A DNA stretch of 64,000 nt, from contig JBBQFN010000005.1 in the NCBI GenBank assembly GCA_038321985.1, positions 64,001 through 128,000 of the forward strand. Reading direction: 5' to 3'. The DNA is from Cyanophyceae cyanobacterium (GTDB lineage Bacteria > Cyanobacteriota > Cyanobacteriia > Cyanobacteriales > Laspinemataceae). The notes under the pieces were generated by a model that saw only the letters and a list, made by a program, of their open reading frames with translations, made no database searches and was not told where the DNA came from. Below are positions 18,269-28,559 of the stretch, one piece after another. Numbering within the stretch: the stretch's first letter is position 1; each line of letters opens with the position of its first letter. A program made the translations under genes and the position numbers.

Positions 18269-20215
18269 TCACGGTTTTGCCTCCCACTTCGGTCCGGTTG
18301 CCGTTGTCTGCAACCGCCAGACCCCCAGTTGGGGTTCCTTGACTTCTAATACGCCACCGTTTAGGGGTTGCCGAACATAAGGACTCTCTATGACCGGCCA
18401 ATTTTTGAGTTGGCGCAGTTTGCCGTTGATGGTGGCCCTGGCGATCGCCCCCTCTGGTTCATAGGTCATGATCAGCTGGTCCCCGTCGAGACTTTCATAT
18501 TCTAACGTGCCATTCGTTTCCCAAGCGCGATCGCTCACTTGGGTTCGATTCAGGACCCGAATCAGACTATCAAAGGTCGGATACTGTGCGACCCTCGCCA
18601 CATCGACGATCCAGGCAGTTTTTCGGCCTGTTGCAGCTAAGGCTTGATAAGCGGCGTTTTTTTCAGATACGGGCAGCTTTAAGGCAATTTCATCTCCCCA
18701 AGCCTGTGCCACTAACCAGGTTTCTTGGATGCGCCAAATATACCACTTGTCATGTCGGCGGGGTTCTCCATACCCGATCGGTAACACTAAGTGCGACCGC
18801 CCTGGAACTCCTGCTTCTAAATCGGAGTCGGTCAGAATCTGCTGATAAATGACCGCACTTCGTTCCTGCACATATTGGTCCCCGGGGGTTTTTCCCGTTG
18901 CCATGGGGGAGTGATAAGTTCCCCCCAAACTCACTACTGGATTGTTTAACCCGTTTGGGTCACGAATCACCAGTTTATAGGTGGCATACTGGGCGCGGAT
19001 TGTGCCTTCCACTTGATAGGCCCGTGAGCTTTCTAACAGAGTACCCACACTATAATCCTGGGTGACGTAGAAAGTTTCCCAGAAGTGATTGTCTGCATGG
19101 TAAGTGTAATACGCCGGATGACTGGCTTGGACCGAAAAAGGTAAGGGGACTTGCTTGTGTGCGATCGCCCGTAAATGTTCGGGGGGACGATAGGAACTCA
19201 AGGCAGGGGCGAGAGAAAGCCGCGCATAGTTGAGTTGCATTCCCTCGGCGATCGCCTTATCATCTGTGCGATTCTGGGTTCCCCACCAGATCCAGGCCAC
19301 CGCACTCAATCCATTATTCCAAGTATTGCGATCAAAACCGCGACTTTCCGCACTTCCGGAGGTTCCCCAACTCAGACGCAAAGCCATATTGGTGGCATAC
19401 CAGTCTAAAAGTGCCGTTGCCAGTTCCCGTAGTTGGGGGGTTTCGGCGAAATCATAGAGGTTGAGTAATCCAGCAATACTATAGCCGTAATAGATAGAAG
19501 AATGAAATTCTCCCTGACCAATCGTGAGAAATTTGTCAAACTGCGATCGCAACCAGGCTTCATTGGTATCAGCCACATCAGGCAATTCCACCGGAAATCC
19601 GCTGCCATTCATGAGTGCGAGTCCTGAGCCCCGCTGCATAAACCCGTGATTTTCCGTACCGCCTTCACCCCATTCTATAACCCGAGGGCTGACCAGCATA
19701 CTCCGGTAAGACGCCTTCACCGGGTCCGGGAGACTGTCCTGGTACAGGAAGAAAATGCGGGCGTCTAACATACTCCGAAAATGATATAAATCCGGGCGAT
19801 CGCGTTCCACTTTTAGCAACATCTCCCAACTGGGTTGGGGTTGATACAATTCCGGTAAACTAAGCCGCGCTAAAATAATCGGCAACAAGTATTTATGAGG
19901 GTCTTCAATCCCTTCTCTACGCCACCAGCGATCGCGTTCTTCAAGATTTTGACGGGCTATTTTTTGTCGAATTAATAAACTCCGGCGTTGAAACTCTACC
20001 TCGGTTTCATCTAGACTGGAATAAGGAGAAAGCCGTTGCATCTGGGTGCTTCTTTTGCGTAGTTCTTCTTTTTGTGCCTTTGTCCATTGTGTAAACGGTT
20101 CTTGGGATTCAATGGGGGGATTTGAAACAGGAAGGGCCGCGCAAGCATTCAGTGCGATCGCCAGAATTAGATTGACTACCCAATAACGCATTAGGATTAA
20201 AAAATAAATTAGCAA
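18269..20215 (-). CDS. Hypothetical lipoprotein (start probably MRYWVV)
   Basis: 648 aa ORF; signal peptide ending in the lipobox LNAC. Confidence 0.75.
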   Translation of the reverse strand: MLIYFLILMRYWVVNLILAIALNACAALPVSNPPIESQEPFTQWTKAQKEELRKRSTQMQRLSPYSSLDETEVEFQRRSLLIRQKIARQNLEERDRWWRREGIEDPHKYLLPIILARLSLPELYQPQPSWEMLLKVERDRPDLYHFRSMLDARIFFLYQDSLPDPVKASYRSMLVSPRVIEWGEGGTENHGFMQRGSGLALMNGSGFPVELPDVADTNEAWLRSQFDKFLTIGQGEFHSSIYYGYSIAGLLNLYDFAETPQLRELATALLDWYATNMALRLSWGTSGSAESRGFDRNTWNNGLSAVAWIWWGTQNRTDDKAIAEGMQLNYARLSLAPALSSYRPPEHLRAIAHKQVPLPFSVQASHPAYYTYHADNHFWETFYVTQDYSVGTLLESSRAYQVEGTIRAQYATYKLVIRDPNGLNNPVVSLGGTYHSPMATGKTPGDQYVQERSAVIYQQILTDSDLEAGVPGRSHLVLPIGYGEPRRHDKWYIWRIQETWLVAQAWGDEIALKLPVSEKNAAYQALAATGRKTAWIVDVARVAQYPTFDSLIRVLNRTQVSDRAWETNGTLEYESLDGDQLIMTYEPEGAIARATINGKLRQLKNWPVIESPYVRQPLNGGVLEVKEPQLGVWRLQTTATGPKWEAKP

Positions 20216-20475
20216 CGAGGGACAAGTCTGTGCTTATTTTAAAGGGGAATGGGTGGAGTTAGTCCAAGTCCGTATATTTACGGGTCCTTGAATGAGAAGC
20301 CTCGGGCCCCAATCCGAGGAGGAAGACTCTTACCACCCGCCGATCCCAGTACAGAACCAGAAAAAAAGGATAAACTAATTCTGGAAGGTTCAAGTGGGGA
20401 AGCCACAGCTCGGGTCTCCCCCTTTATTTGTTGAGTAAAACTCCTCTATTTAGACCGTAGTGATCTCAGTAACCT

Positions 20476-23400
20476 ATGGACATCACATCTCCCAAAAAAT
20501 CATCAAAAAACCCAGCCAAGCCCGCAAAAGCTGTCCATTATGCTGGGTTTTTTAATCGGTCCGAGGATTTACTCTGTCTTTTAAGCTTAGAGGGTAGTTT
20601 ACAACAAGTGAATCCCGCGTGGGAAGAAAGAGTAGGATTTACTTCTGAACAACTGGGTAAAACCCCTTTTATCCAATTGGTGCATTCCGAAGACCGCAAC
20701 AAAACGGCTGCGGAAATGACAACCCTATCTCAAGGAATTGAGCGAATTTGTTTTCAAAATCGCTATCAGGGAAAAAATGGGGCGTATCAGTGGATCGAGT
20801 GGAAAATTAGCCGGTCCCCAGAAGAGAGTGTCATGTACGGAATCGGTCGAGCAATTCCGGACCCAGGCGACTGCCCCAGTTTGAAAGACCACCCGGCACC
20901 GCACCCCCGCAACAGCCTCCACTCCCTACAAGAACGCTTGCGTCGGTATCAAGAGATCGCCCACCTCTGCCCCGTTGGGATTTTCCAGTCCGACATCGAC
21001 GGAAAATGCCTCTACGTCAACCAAAAATGGTGCGAAATTGCGGGAATTTCCCCCCAAGAAGGAATGGGGTTCGGATGGAGCCGGATCATCCATCCCGAAG
21101 ATAGCTCTTTTGTCTTTGCCCAATGGTCCCAATTCGTCCAAAACCCTGTGAAATTTCACCTTGAATGCCGGATGTTGCGCACGGATGGAACAATCATTTG
21201 GGTACTCGTTCAAGCCGTAATTCAAACCGGAGACAGGGGAGAAATCACGGGGTTTGTGGGGGCAGTCGTCGATATTAGCGATCGCAAACAGATGGAAGAA
21301 GCCCTCAAACAGGTTAATCAAAACCTAGAAAACCGAGATACAGACCGCAGCGCCGAAGTCCAAAGCGCGATCGCCCAGTTACAAGAGGAAATCACCTCCC
21401 GCACCCAGGCAGAAGCAGCTTTACAGAAAGAAAGGGAATTCCTGAATGCCCTGCTCAATAATTTAGCCGATGGGATAGTCGCTTGTGACGCCAACGGCAT
21501 TTTAACCCTATTCAATCAGGCCACGAAAGAGTATCACGGCTTGCCAGAATATCCCATCCCTCCGGAACAGTGGGCCGAGTATTACAATTTATATCAACCA
21601 GACGGGACCCCAATGCCCGTAGAAGAAATTCCCCTGTTTCGCGCCCTTCGCGGCGAAACCGTTCAAAATGTGCAAATGGTGATCGCGCCGAAACATCAGA
21701 AACACCGCACCCTCCTCGCCAGTGGTCAGGCGATCATCGATGCCTCCGGGAACAAGTTAGGGGCCGTGGTTGCCATGCGCGACATCACCGATCGCCAAGA
21801 AGCTGAAGCGGCACTCCAGGAAAGCCAATCCCGCCTCAACAGCATCCTCAACTCCCTCGATGATATGGTCTGGTCCATTAATCCGAATACCTTCGAGGTC
21901 CTGTTTTTAAACCCCGCCGCAGAAAAACTTTACGGAGTTTCTCGCCTAGATTTTTACGAAAATCCCCGGCTTTGGCAAGACATGGTTTACCCAGAAGATC
22001 AGGACCTTGTTGAGCGGTATAACCAGGAAGTAATGGAAACCGGCAGCAGCGAAGTCGAATATCGCTTGGTCCGCCAGGATGGCAACATTCGTATCATCCA
22101 AGCTCGGACTCGGCTGATTTATGACGCTAACGGTCAAGCGATCCGCATGGATGGAATTGTCAGCGACATCACCGATCGCAAACTCGCCGAAAAAGAACGG
22201 GAACGCCTCACCGCCGTCATCGACGCGACCCCTGATTTTGTCGGGTTCTGCGACATCAACGGAAACGTCCTCTACCTGAACCCTGCTGCTCGCAGCATTG
22301 TCGGAATTACTCAGGATGATAATGTCACCAGGCGACACATTTCCGATTTTATTCCTCAAACAAGGCAAGAATTGGTCTTAACTCAAGCCTTACCGACTGC
22401 CGCCGAAACGGGAGTCTGGAGTGGAGAAACTGCATTGCTGCACCAAGACGGTTCTGAAATACCCGCCTTACAGGTCCTGATGAGCCATCGGTCCGAAAGT
22501 GGAACTGTGGAATATTTTTCTACCATCCTTAGAGACATCACTGAACGCAAAAACGCCGAAGAAACCCTGCGCCGCAACGCCTTGCAACTTGCCCAAGCCC
22601 AACAAATTGCCCATATTGGTTCGTGGGAATTCGATTTGACTACTTATCAAGTGGATTGGTCCGAGGAACTGTTACGCATTTATAAAATGGAAGAAGCAGA
22701 ATCGGCTCCAAGTTATGAACAGTTCATGCAGCTTGTTCATGCCGAGGATCGTGAAATGCTCAAAGCTGCTATCAATCAGGCCCTCAGTGAAGGTCAACCC
22801 TTTGAACGTAATCATCGAATGCTGCTTGCAGACGGTTCTATCAAATTTATCTCCTCCAAAGGGCAGCCGATTTTCAGCCCAGAAGGAGAGCTCGTCAAAC
22901 TGATCGGAACCGGTCATGATATCACGGAACACCATCAAGCCGAAGAAGCCTTGCGTCGGAGTGAAGAACTTTATCGGGCGATCGCCCGCAACTTCCCCAA
23001 TGGTGGTATTGCCCTGTTTGATTTGGACTTGCGTTATACCCTCGTGGATGGACGGGAATTAGATGAAATCGGCTTTTCCAAAAGCGATATGGAAGGCAAA
23101 ACCCTCTGGGAATTCTGGCCCCCGGAAACCGTCACGATGTTAGAACCCCTGTATCGATCCGCCCTCGCTGGTGAGACCGTCGTTTTTGAATTACCCTTCG
23201 GTGAGAGAATTTATCTCCTCCATGTTCTACCCGTGACCCATACCACTGGGGAAATCTTTGCCGGGATGATCGTGGGTCAAAATATTACCGCACTGAAAGA
23301 AGCAGAAGCAGCCATTAAACAGCGAGAAGAATACCTGCGTGGCATCCTAGAAAATATGCCGGTGATGATGAATGCCTTCAGTAACGAGGGACTATTTATC

Positions 23401-25125
23401 GCCTGGAACCGGGAATGTGAACGAGTCAGCGGATATAGTGCCGAGGAAATCATTGGTAATCCCCAAGCGGTGGAGATGTTGTATCCCATCCCTGCAGAAA
23501 GAGCCGCGATGCTGACTGAAATGGTTGAATTAGACAATCATTACCGGAACTGGGAACTGGACCTCACCGCCAAAGATGGCAGCATTAAAACTATTGCTTG
23601 GTCCAATATTTCCAAGCAATTTCCGATTCCCGGCTGGTCCGGATGGGGGATTGGGGTCGATGTGAGCGATCGCAAACAAGCCGAAAATGCCCTACGCCAA
23701 TCCGAAGCCGAATCCCGACAACTTGCCAATCGGGAATCCCTGATCAACCGTATTTCGAGTGATATTCGCAACTCCCTAGAAGTGAATACCATCCTGGAAA
23801 CGGTAGTTCAACAGCTATATCAGTTATTAGAACTTGAGCGCTGTAGTTTTGTCTGGTATCGCTACAGTCCGACTGACCCATTCTGGGAAATCGCCACTGA
23901 AGCCAAGGCCCCCGAACTGGAAAGTCGCATCGGCTGCTATCCCATTGAGGGTAATGCGATCGAAACAAAAATCATTAACTCTGAACTGATTCGGTCCGAT
24001 GACCTGACCTGCGACCCCGACCTAGATATCCGATTACTTTATAGCGTATGGGGGTATCGCTCTGCTGTCATAGTTACTATTCAAACTTCCTCGGGAGATG
24101 TCGGTTGCCTCATTTGCGGAACTCATGCTCAACCCCGAACCTGGAAAGAGTGGGAAATAGAACTCTTGGAAGCAGTGATCGAACGGTTAGGGATTGCCCT
24201 CTATCAGGCCGATTTATACCGCCAAGCCCAAGATAGCGCCCGCCAAGCTCAAGAACAAGCCGAACAATTACAGAATACCTTAGAGGAGTTACAACAGACC
24301 CAATCCCAACTGATCCAAACCGAAAAAATGTCCAGCTTGGGCCAATTGGTAGCAGGAGTCGCCCACGAAATCAACAATCCTGTCAACTTCATCCACGGCA
24401 ACTTGACTCACTTAAGCACTTATACAGAGGATTTGCTTACAGCAATTGCCCTGTACCAAGACAACTATCCCCAACCGGAAGCCGAACTCGAAGAGGCGAT
24501 CGCCGACCTAGAACTCGACTATATTACCGAAGATATGCCCAAAATTCTCGCCTCTATGAGAATGGGAACCGATCGCATCCGTAAAATTGTCTTAAGTTTA
24601 CGCAACTTCTCCCGCCTAGACGAAGTGGATATGAAAGAAGTAGACATCCATGAAGGGATTGAAAACACCCTATTAATCTTGCAAAATCGTTTCAAAACCA
24701 AAGGCGATCGGCACGGGATAGAACTGATCAAAGAATACGGAGAATTGCCCTTAATAGAGTGTTACGCCTCCCAGATGAATCAAGTGCTGATGAACATCAT
24801 CAACAATGCGATCGACGCCCTAGAAAGCAACCCTTCCGAAGCCGAAGAAACCCTCCCCACCATTCGGATCAGCACCGAAGTCAGAAGAAATTTAGCCCTC
24901 ATTCGCATCGCCGACAACGGACCCGGCATGACCGAACAAACCAAAGCCCGCCTCTTCGACCCCTTCTTCACCACCAAACCCGTCGGGAAAGGAACCGGAC
25001 TCGGATTAGCTATCAGCTATCAAATCGTAGTAGAAAAACATCACGGCATCTTAGACTGCATCACTGCCCCCGGACAAGGGAGCGAATTTATCATCCAAAT
25101 CCCGATCGCCCAGAGAAAAAATTAA
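20476..25125 (+). CDS. Multi-PAS/GAF sensor histidine kinase
   Basis: About eight PAS/PAC modules, mostly ending DI(T/S)xRK, a GAF, HEINNP H-box, and N/G1/F/G2 boxes (DNGPG, FFTTK, GTGLGL). Confidence 0.95.
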   Translation: MDITSPKKSSKNPAKPAKAVHYAGFFNRSEDLLCLLSLEGSLQQVNPAWEERVGFTSEQLGKTPFIQLVHSEDRNKTAAEMTTLSQGIERICFQNRYQGKNGAYQWIEWKISRSPEESVMYGIGRAIPDPGDCPSLKDHPAPHPRNSLHSLQERLRRYQEIAHLCPVGIFQSDIDGKCLYVNQKWCEIAGISPQEGMGFGWSRIIHPEDSSFVFAQWSQFVQNPVKFHLECRMLRTDGTIIWVLVQAVIQTGDRGEITGFVGAVVDISDRKQMEEALKQVNQNLENRDTDRSAEVQSAIAQLQEEITSRTQAEAALQKEREFLNALLNNLADGIVACDANGILTLFNQATKEYHGLPEYPIPPEQWAEYYNLYQPDGTPMPVEEIPLFRALRGETVQNVQMVIAPKHQKHRTLLASGQAIIDASGNKLGAVVAMRDITDRQEAEAALQESQSRLNSILNSLDDMVWSINPNTFEVLFLNPAAEKLYGVSRLDFYENPRLWQDMVYPEDQDLVERYNQEVMETGSSEVEYRLVRQDGNIRIIQARTRLIYDANGQAIRMDGIVSDITDRKLAEKERERLTAVIDATPDFVGFCDINGNVLYLNPAARSIVGITQDDNVTRRHISDFIPQTRQELVLTQALPTAAETGVWSGETALLHQDGSEIPALQVLMSHRSESGTVEYFSTILRDITERKNAEETLRRNALQLAQAQQIAHIGSWEFDLTTYQVDWSEELLRIYKMEEAESAPSYEQFMQLVHAEDREMLKAAINQALSEGQPFERNHRMLLADGSIKFISSKGQPIFSPEGELVKLIGTGHDITEHHQAEEALRRSEELYRAIARNFPNGGIALFDLDLRYTLVDGRELDEIGFSKSDMEGKTLWEFWPPETVTMLEPLYRSALAGETVVFELPFGERIYLLHVLPVTHTTGEIFAGMIVGQNITALKEAEAAIKQREEYLRGILENMPVMMNAFSNEGLFIAWNRECERVSGYSAEEIIGNPQAVEMLYPIPAERAAMLTEMVELDNHYRNWELDLTAKDGSIKTIAWSNISKQFPIPGWSGWGIGVDVSDRKQAENALRQSEAESRQLANRESLINRISSDIRNSLEVNTILETVVQQLYQLLELERCSFVWYRYSPTDPFWEIATEAKAPELESRIGCYPIEGNAIETKIINSELIRSDDLTCDPDLDIRLLYSVWGYRSAVIVTIQTSSGDVGCLICGTHAQPRTWKEWEIELLEAVIERLGIALYQADLYRQAQDSARQAQEQAEQLQNTLEELQQTQSQLIQTEKMSSLGQLVAGVAHEINNPVNFIHGNLTHLSTYTEDLLTAIALYQDNYPQPEAELEEAIADLELDYITEDMPKILASMRMGTDRIRKIVLSLRNFSRLDEVDMKEVDIHEGIENTLLILQNRFKTKGDRHGIELIKEYGELPLIECYASQMNQVLMNIINNAIDALESNPSEAEETLPTIRISTEVRRNLALIRIADNGPGMTEQTKARLFDPFFTTKPVGKGTGLGLAISYQIVVEKHHGILDCITAPGQGSEFIIQIPIAQRKN

Positions 25126-25231
25126 CCTAATTTCACCTGCCCCAAAGCCTCAAAGCTGCGGCTATACAAACAAAGCCCGCCTGCGCTGCCTAATCCCTAA
25201 AACCCTGTACAAACTATCAATAAGTTCTCCT

Positions 25232-25256
25232 GTTCGTAGTAACGACTTCAGTCGTT
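25232..25256 (+). repeat. GTAG-hairpin REP-like unit
   Basis: GTTCGTAGTAACGACTTCAGTCGTT. Confidence 0.9.
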
Positions 25257-25557
25257 CTCCCCAGTTCAACGTCACGACTTAGGTCGTTTCATGACCAAAA
25301 CCCAACTTAGGGTAAAATAATCAAGCGGACCACCTCTGGCCCCTTGCCAGATTCCAGGAGCATGACCGCAACCCAAGGCGAGTAATGATAAAATCGCCGT
25401 GTCACCGATGAGCCGTTTGTGGGTCTTCAGGAAATCGCGGGGGTTTTGCATAGCAATAGGGTTGGCAGAGGGGATTTTCGCCTAGTTTGGGTATAGCATA
25501 AAATCACCCTTATGGGTAATATCTTTTATAATGAAAGCTGAAATTATGTCCCGCCAG

Positions 25558-25645
25558 GTTCGTAGTAACTCCTTGATTGAGTCATCTTCATGCAACCCCC
25601 GAAGGGGTTACTACAAACGTTCGTAGTAACTCCTTTACCGAGTCA
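25558..25645. repeat. Cluster of three alternating-orientation GTAGTAAC-hairpin variants
   Basis: + GTTCGTAGTAACTC..GAGT (25558), - GTTTGTAGTAACCCCTTCGGGGGTT (25594-25618), + GTTCGTAGTAACTC..GAGT (25619). Confidence 0.8.
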
Positions 25646-25659
25646 TAACACGAGATATA

Positions 25660-27135
25660 CTACTTCTTCCTATCGGGCAAGTTCCTCGGTGGGATATCTC
25701 GCCCTTCGTAGAACCGGCGTTCTAGTTTACCCAATCCCCACCATAGTGCACTTAATCCTAGGGTAATGCCGGTGGAAATTGCAACGGTGGGGACGGTGTT
25801 TTCGGAGGTGATTACGGTTAATAAGGGGGCGGTTATCCAGGCGATCGCTGCTAAAATCCCCCCTATTTCCCGGAGTTTCTGGATGCGGCGCAATGCTGTG
25901 GAACAACTGCGGCAATGGATGGTGTGAGAATGATAGCGATCGAGTAACTCTTCGCGCGATCGCAAGGGCGGAAAGGATTTCCCCGGAAATGGATCGGCGT
26001 CATACTCATTTACCCATTTCCGAAATGCTAAGACAAACAAATCCGCTTTCGTTGGCAAATAAAACGCTTTAGCGATTTTCTCACTCCCTCCGGCTGCCTC
26101 TAAATATCGCTCTTGATGGTATAGAAAAATCTGGTCATCTTCCAAGATGGCATTCTGTCCAATATGGGAATACCACTGGGGGGTTGATTTAATAAAAGTT
26201 TCTGGCACTTTTGAGGCAAATTGAAATGGAAATCGTGCAAACAATCGACATTCTCCTTTGCGAATTGGGGTTGCATAAACTACTGTCATCGTTCTGCCAA
26301 ATTGCTTAGAGGTGAGGTCATGCCACATCAGCCCCGGTGCGATAAAGTGGGTCTGCTGACTGCCTAATGTGCCTTTGCGCGGTCCTTCTTCCCAGAATCC
26401 TTGAAATCCTTGTTTCCCTGCCGCCATCACCTCCAATTCCACCGGGCTAACATTGGAACGGTTTCCGACAGTGCGATGATGGGTATAGGGGATATGACTG
26501 GCATCGAGAACATTTTCTAATAGGGTAAGGGCATCATAAGGTAAGTCTCGAAACGTGTTCAAACAAACCCACTTAGAGGGCGATTCTTCCAAGGGTTCAA
26601 CAATAGGAACCCTGGTATTTTCTGCATTCTCGGGCTTCCCGGCATATACGAATAATAATCCCTGATATTCTGCGGTGGGAAAGTTTCTCACGCAGGCTCG
26701 CTCTGAGCGTTCGGCTTTGCCCCCCTCATTCTGCTGGGGAATATTTTCGCACTTGCCGGTTGCAGAAAATGCCCATCCATGATACGGACATTCTAACCAA
26801 CCTTTCTCGTTAATTCTTCCCTCGGATAGAGGTGCGAGACGGTGAGGACATTTATCATCAAATACCCGCCAAGATTGCCCAGTTTTGTCCCACCAAATGG
26901 CTAAGTCTACTCCCAATAGAGTAAATTTCATGATTTTGGACTTGTCCAAATCTTGGAGATAATAGACGGGATACCAGGCTTCCCAAACATCAAAGCGATG
27001 GGGGTCGTTTCCTCCGGGTTCAGAGTTTGTAGAGGCTAGGGTTTCGGCAGTGGGAGTGGGTTCTTTCTCTAAGGCGATCGCTTTTTTTTCTATCATATTA
27101 TTGGGGTGGATTTGGCGATATAATTTCTCTAGCAT
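25660..27135 (-). CDS. Rieske non-heme oxygenase, pheophorbide a oxygenase (PaO/Tic55) family
   Basis: CPHR...CPYHGW Rieske motif, ENVLDASHIPYTHH iron site, HTIHCRSC, C-terminal TM helices. Confidence 0.92.
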   Translation of the reverse strand: MLEKLYRQIHPNNMIEKKAIALEKEPTPTAETLASTNSEPGGNDPHRFDVWEAWYPVYYLQDLDKSKIMKFTLLGVDLAIWWDKTGQSWRVFDDKCPHRLAPLSEGRINEKGWLECPYHGWAFSATGKCENIPQQNEGGKAERSERACVRNFPTAEYQGLLFVYAGKPENAENTRVPIVEPLEESPSKWVCLNTFRDLPYDALTLLENVLDASHIPYTHHRTVGNRSNVSPVELEVMAAGKQGFQGFWEEGPRKGTLGSQQTHFIAPGLMWHDLTSKQFGRTMTVVYATPIRKGECRLFARFPFQFASKVPETFIKSTPQWYSHIGQNAILEDDQIFLYHQERYLEAAGGSEKIAKAFYLPTKADLFVLAFRKWVNEYDADPFPGKSFPPLRSREELLDRYHSHTIHCRSCSTALRRIQKLREIGGILAAIAWITAPLLTVITSENTVPTVAISTGITLGLSALWWGLGKLERRFYEGRDIPPRNLPDRKK

Positions 27136-27191
27136 TTGCTATTCTAATTTTAGAATGTTAATCGTCTGAATGGGTAAAATTTAGAAAACCA

Positions 27192-27842
27192 ATGAACAAC
27201 ACCAATGATGCCAGACGATTTGCCCCTGCTACTCAACGCAACCGTGAACCAATTTTAAAGGTATTGCGTCGGGTTCTACCACCGACAGGCACCGTGTTGG
27301 AAGTAGCAAGCGGAAGCGGCGAACACGCCATCTTTTTTGCTCCTCGTCTCAAACCGCGCCTATGGCAACCCACCGAACCAGAACCTACATTGCGAAACAG
27401 TATTCTCGCCTGGATGAACGAGCTTCCCTCGGACTATCTTTTACCCCCAGTCGCCCTGAATGTTACGGAGTCCATTTGGCCCATCGAACCCGAAGAAAAC
27501 GGGGGTAAAACTCAACGGGAAATTACCGCAATTATCGCCATTAATTTAATTCATATCTCTCCGTTTACCGCCACCTTAGGACTCATGGCGGGTGCAAGCC
27601 GTATCCTGCCCCCAGGTGGTATTCTTTACCTCTATGGTCCCTTTAAACAAGGCGGAAAACATACGGCCCCAACCAATGAAAGTTTTGATTATACCCTGCA
27701 ACAGCAAAACCCGGAGTGGGGAGTTCGTAATTTAGAGGATGTCGAAGCCGTCGCTCGCCAAAACCACCTGACTTTACAGGAAATTGTCGAAATGCCTGCT
27801 AATAATTTATCGGTAGTATTTCAACGAGAAAATCAGGTTTAA
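27192..27842 (+). CDS. DUF938 SAM-dependent methyltransferase
   Basis: APATQRNREPI, LEVASGSGEH, YGPF, WGVR, MPANN. Confidence 0.9.
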   Translation: MNNTNDARRFAPATQRNREPILKVLRRVLPPTGTVLEVASGSGEHAIFFAPRLKPRLWQPTEPEPTLRNSILAWMNELPSDYLLPPVALNVTESIWPIEPEENGGKTQREITAIIAINLIHISPFTATLGLMAGASRILPPGGILYLYGPFKQGGKHTAPTNESFDYTLQQQNPEWGVRNLEDVEAVARQNHLTLQEIVEMPANNLSVVFQRENQV

Positions 27843-27895
27843 AATCATCTAAAATGAATTGAAATTTGGGGGATTATATATTATTATTTACATCG

Positions 27896-27925
27896 AAAAG
27901 GACAAGGCACTGCCCTGTCCTTTTT
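27896..27925. terminator. Bidirectional terminator-like hairpin
   Basis: AAAAGGACAAGGCA-C-TGCCCTGTCCTTTTT between convergent genes. Confidence 0.65.
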
Positions 27926-27932
27926 CCCTAGA

Positions 27933-28445
27933 TTAAGATTGAACATTCGGCTCAATAAACTTATTATTGGCCCGGACAAATTGTGCCGTTCCTTGATTGG
28001 TAACCACTAACCACGGCTTACCACTGCGATCAAATTGCACTGCATTTGTATAGCTAGGATGAGGAGTAACGATACTTCGTTCTATGAGGGTACTTTCTAC
28101 GGGAAACTCAAATCCTGGGCCGCTACGGGCATTCAATCCCCCTGGGGCGATAATCTCCCATTCCTGCCAATTGCCGGTAGTAAACTCGCCGGCAGGATTC
28201 ACGGGAGGCGGAGACACTCTTGTAGGTAGGGTGATTCCCGCTACTGTGCGATCGATTACCTCCTGGGTTTGATCTCCTACAATTCCATCTACCGTTAGTG
28301 CTGATTCAGCTTGAAACGCTTTCACTGCATCTTCTGTGCGGGGGTCAAAAGTTGGGTTAAAACGCCCGATGCTATACCCTAACTTTTCTAATTGCATCTG
28401 CAATTGTTCAACTTCCGGACCTGTATCCCCTCGTTGTAATACCAT
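27933..28445 (-). CDS. Peptidoglycan-binding domain plus SH3b-like domain protein
   Basis: LQRGDTGPEVEQLQ...AVKAFQ...DGIVG; LNARSGPG. Confidence 0.85.
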   Translation of the reverse strand: MVLQRGDTGPEVEQLQMQLEKLGYSIGRFNPTFDPRTEDAVKAFQAESALTVDGIVGDQTQEVIDRTVAGITLPTRVSPPPVNPAGEFTTGNWQEWEIIAPGGLNARSGPGFEFPVESTLIERSIVTPHPSYTNAVQFDRSGKPWLVVTNQGTAQFVRANNKFIEPNVQS

Positions 28446-28559
28446 TTATTTATTAACCTCCAGAATTGATTCAAATTAGCGGGTGAGCTAAAAATTTACT
28501 CGACCCCTTCCCATCTTAGCGATTATCCCCAGGGTTCGTACTATCACACCCTTAAGTGA

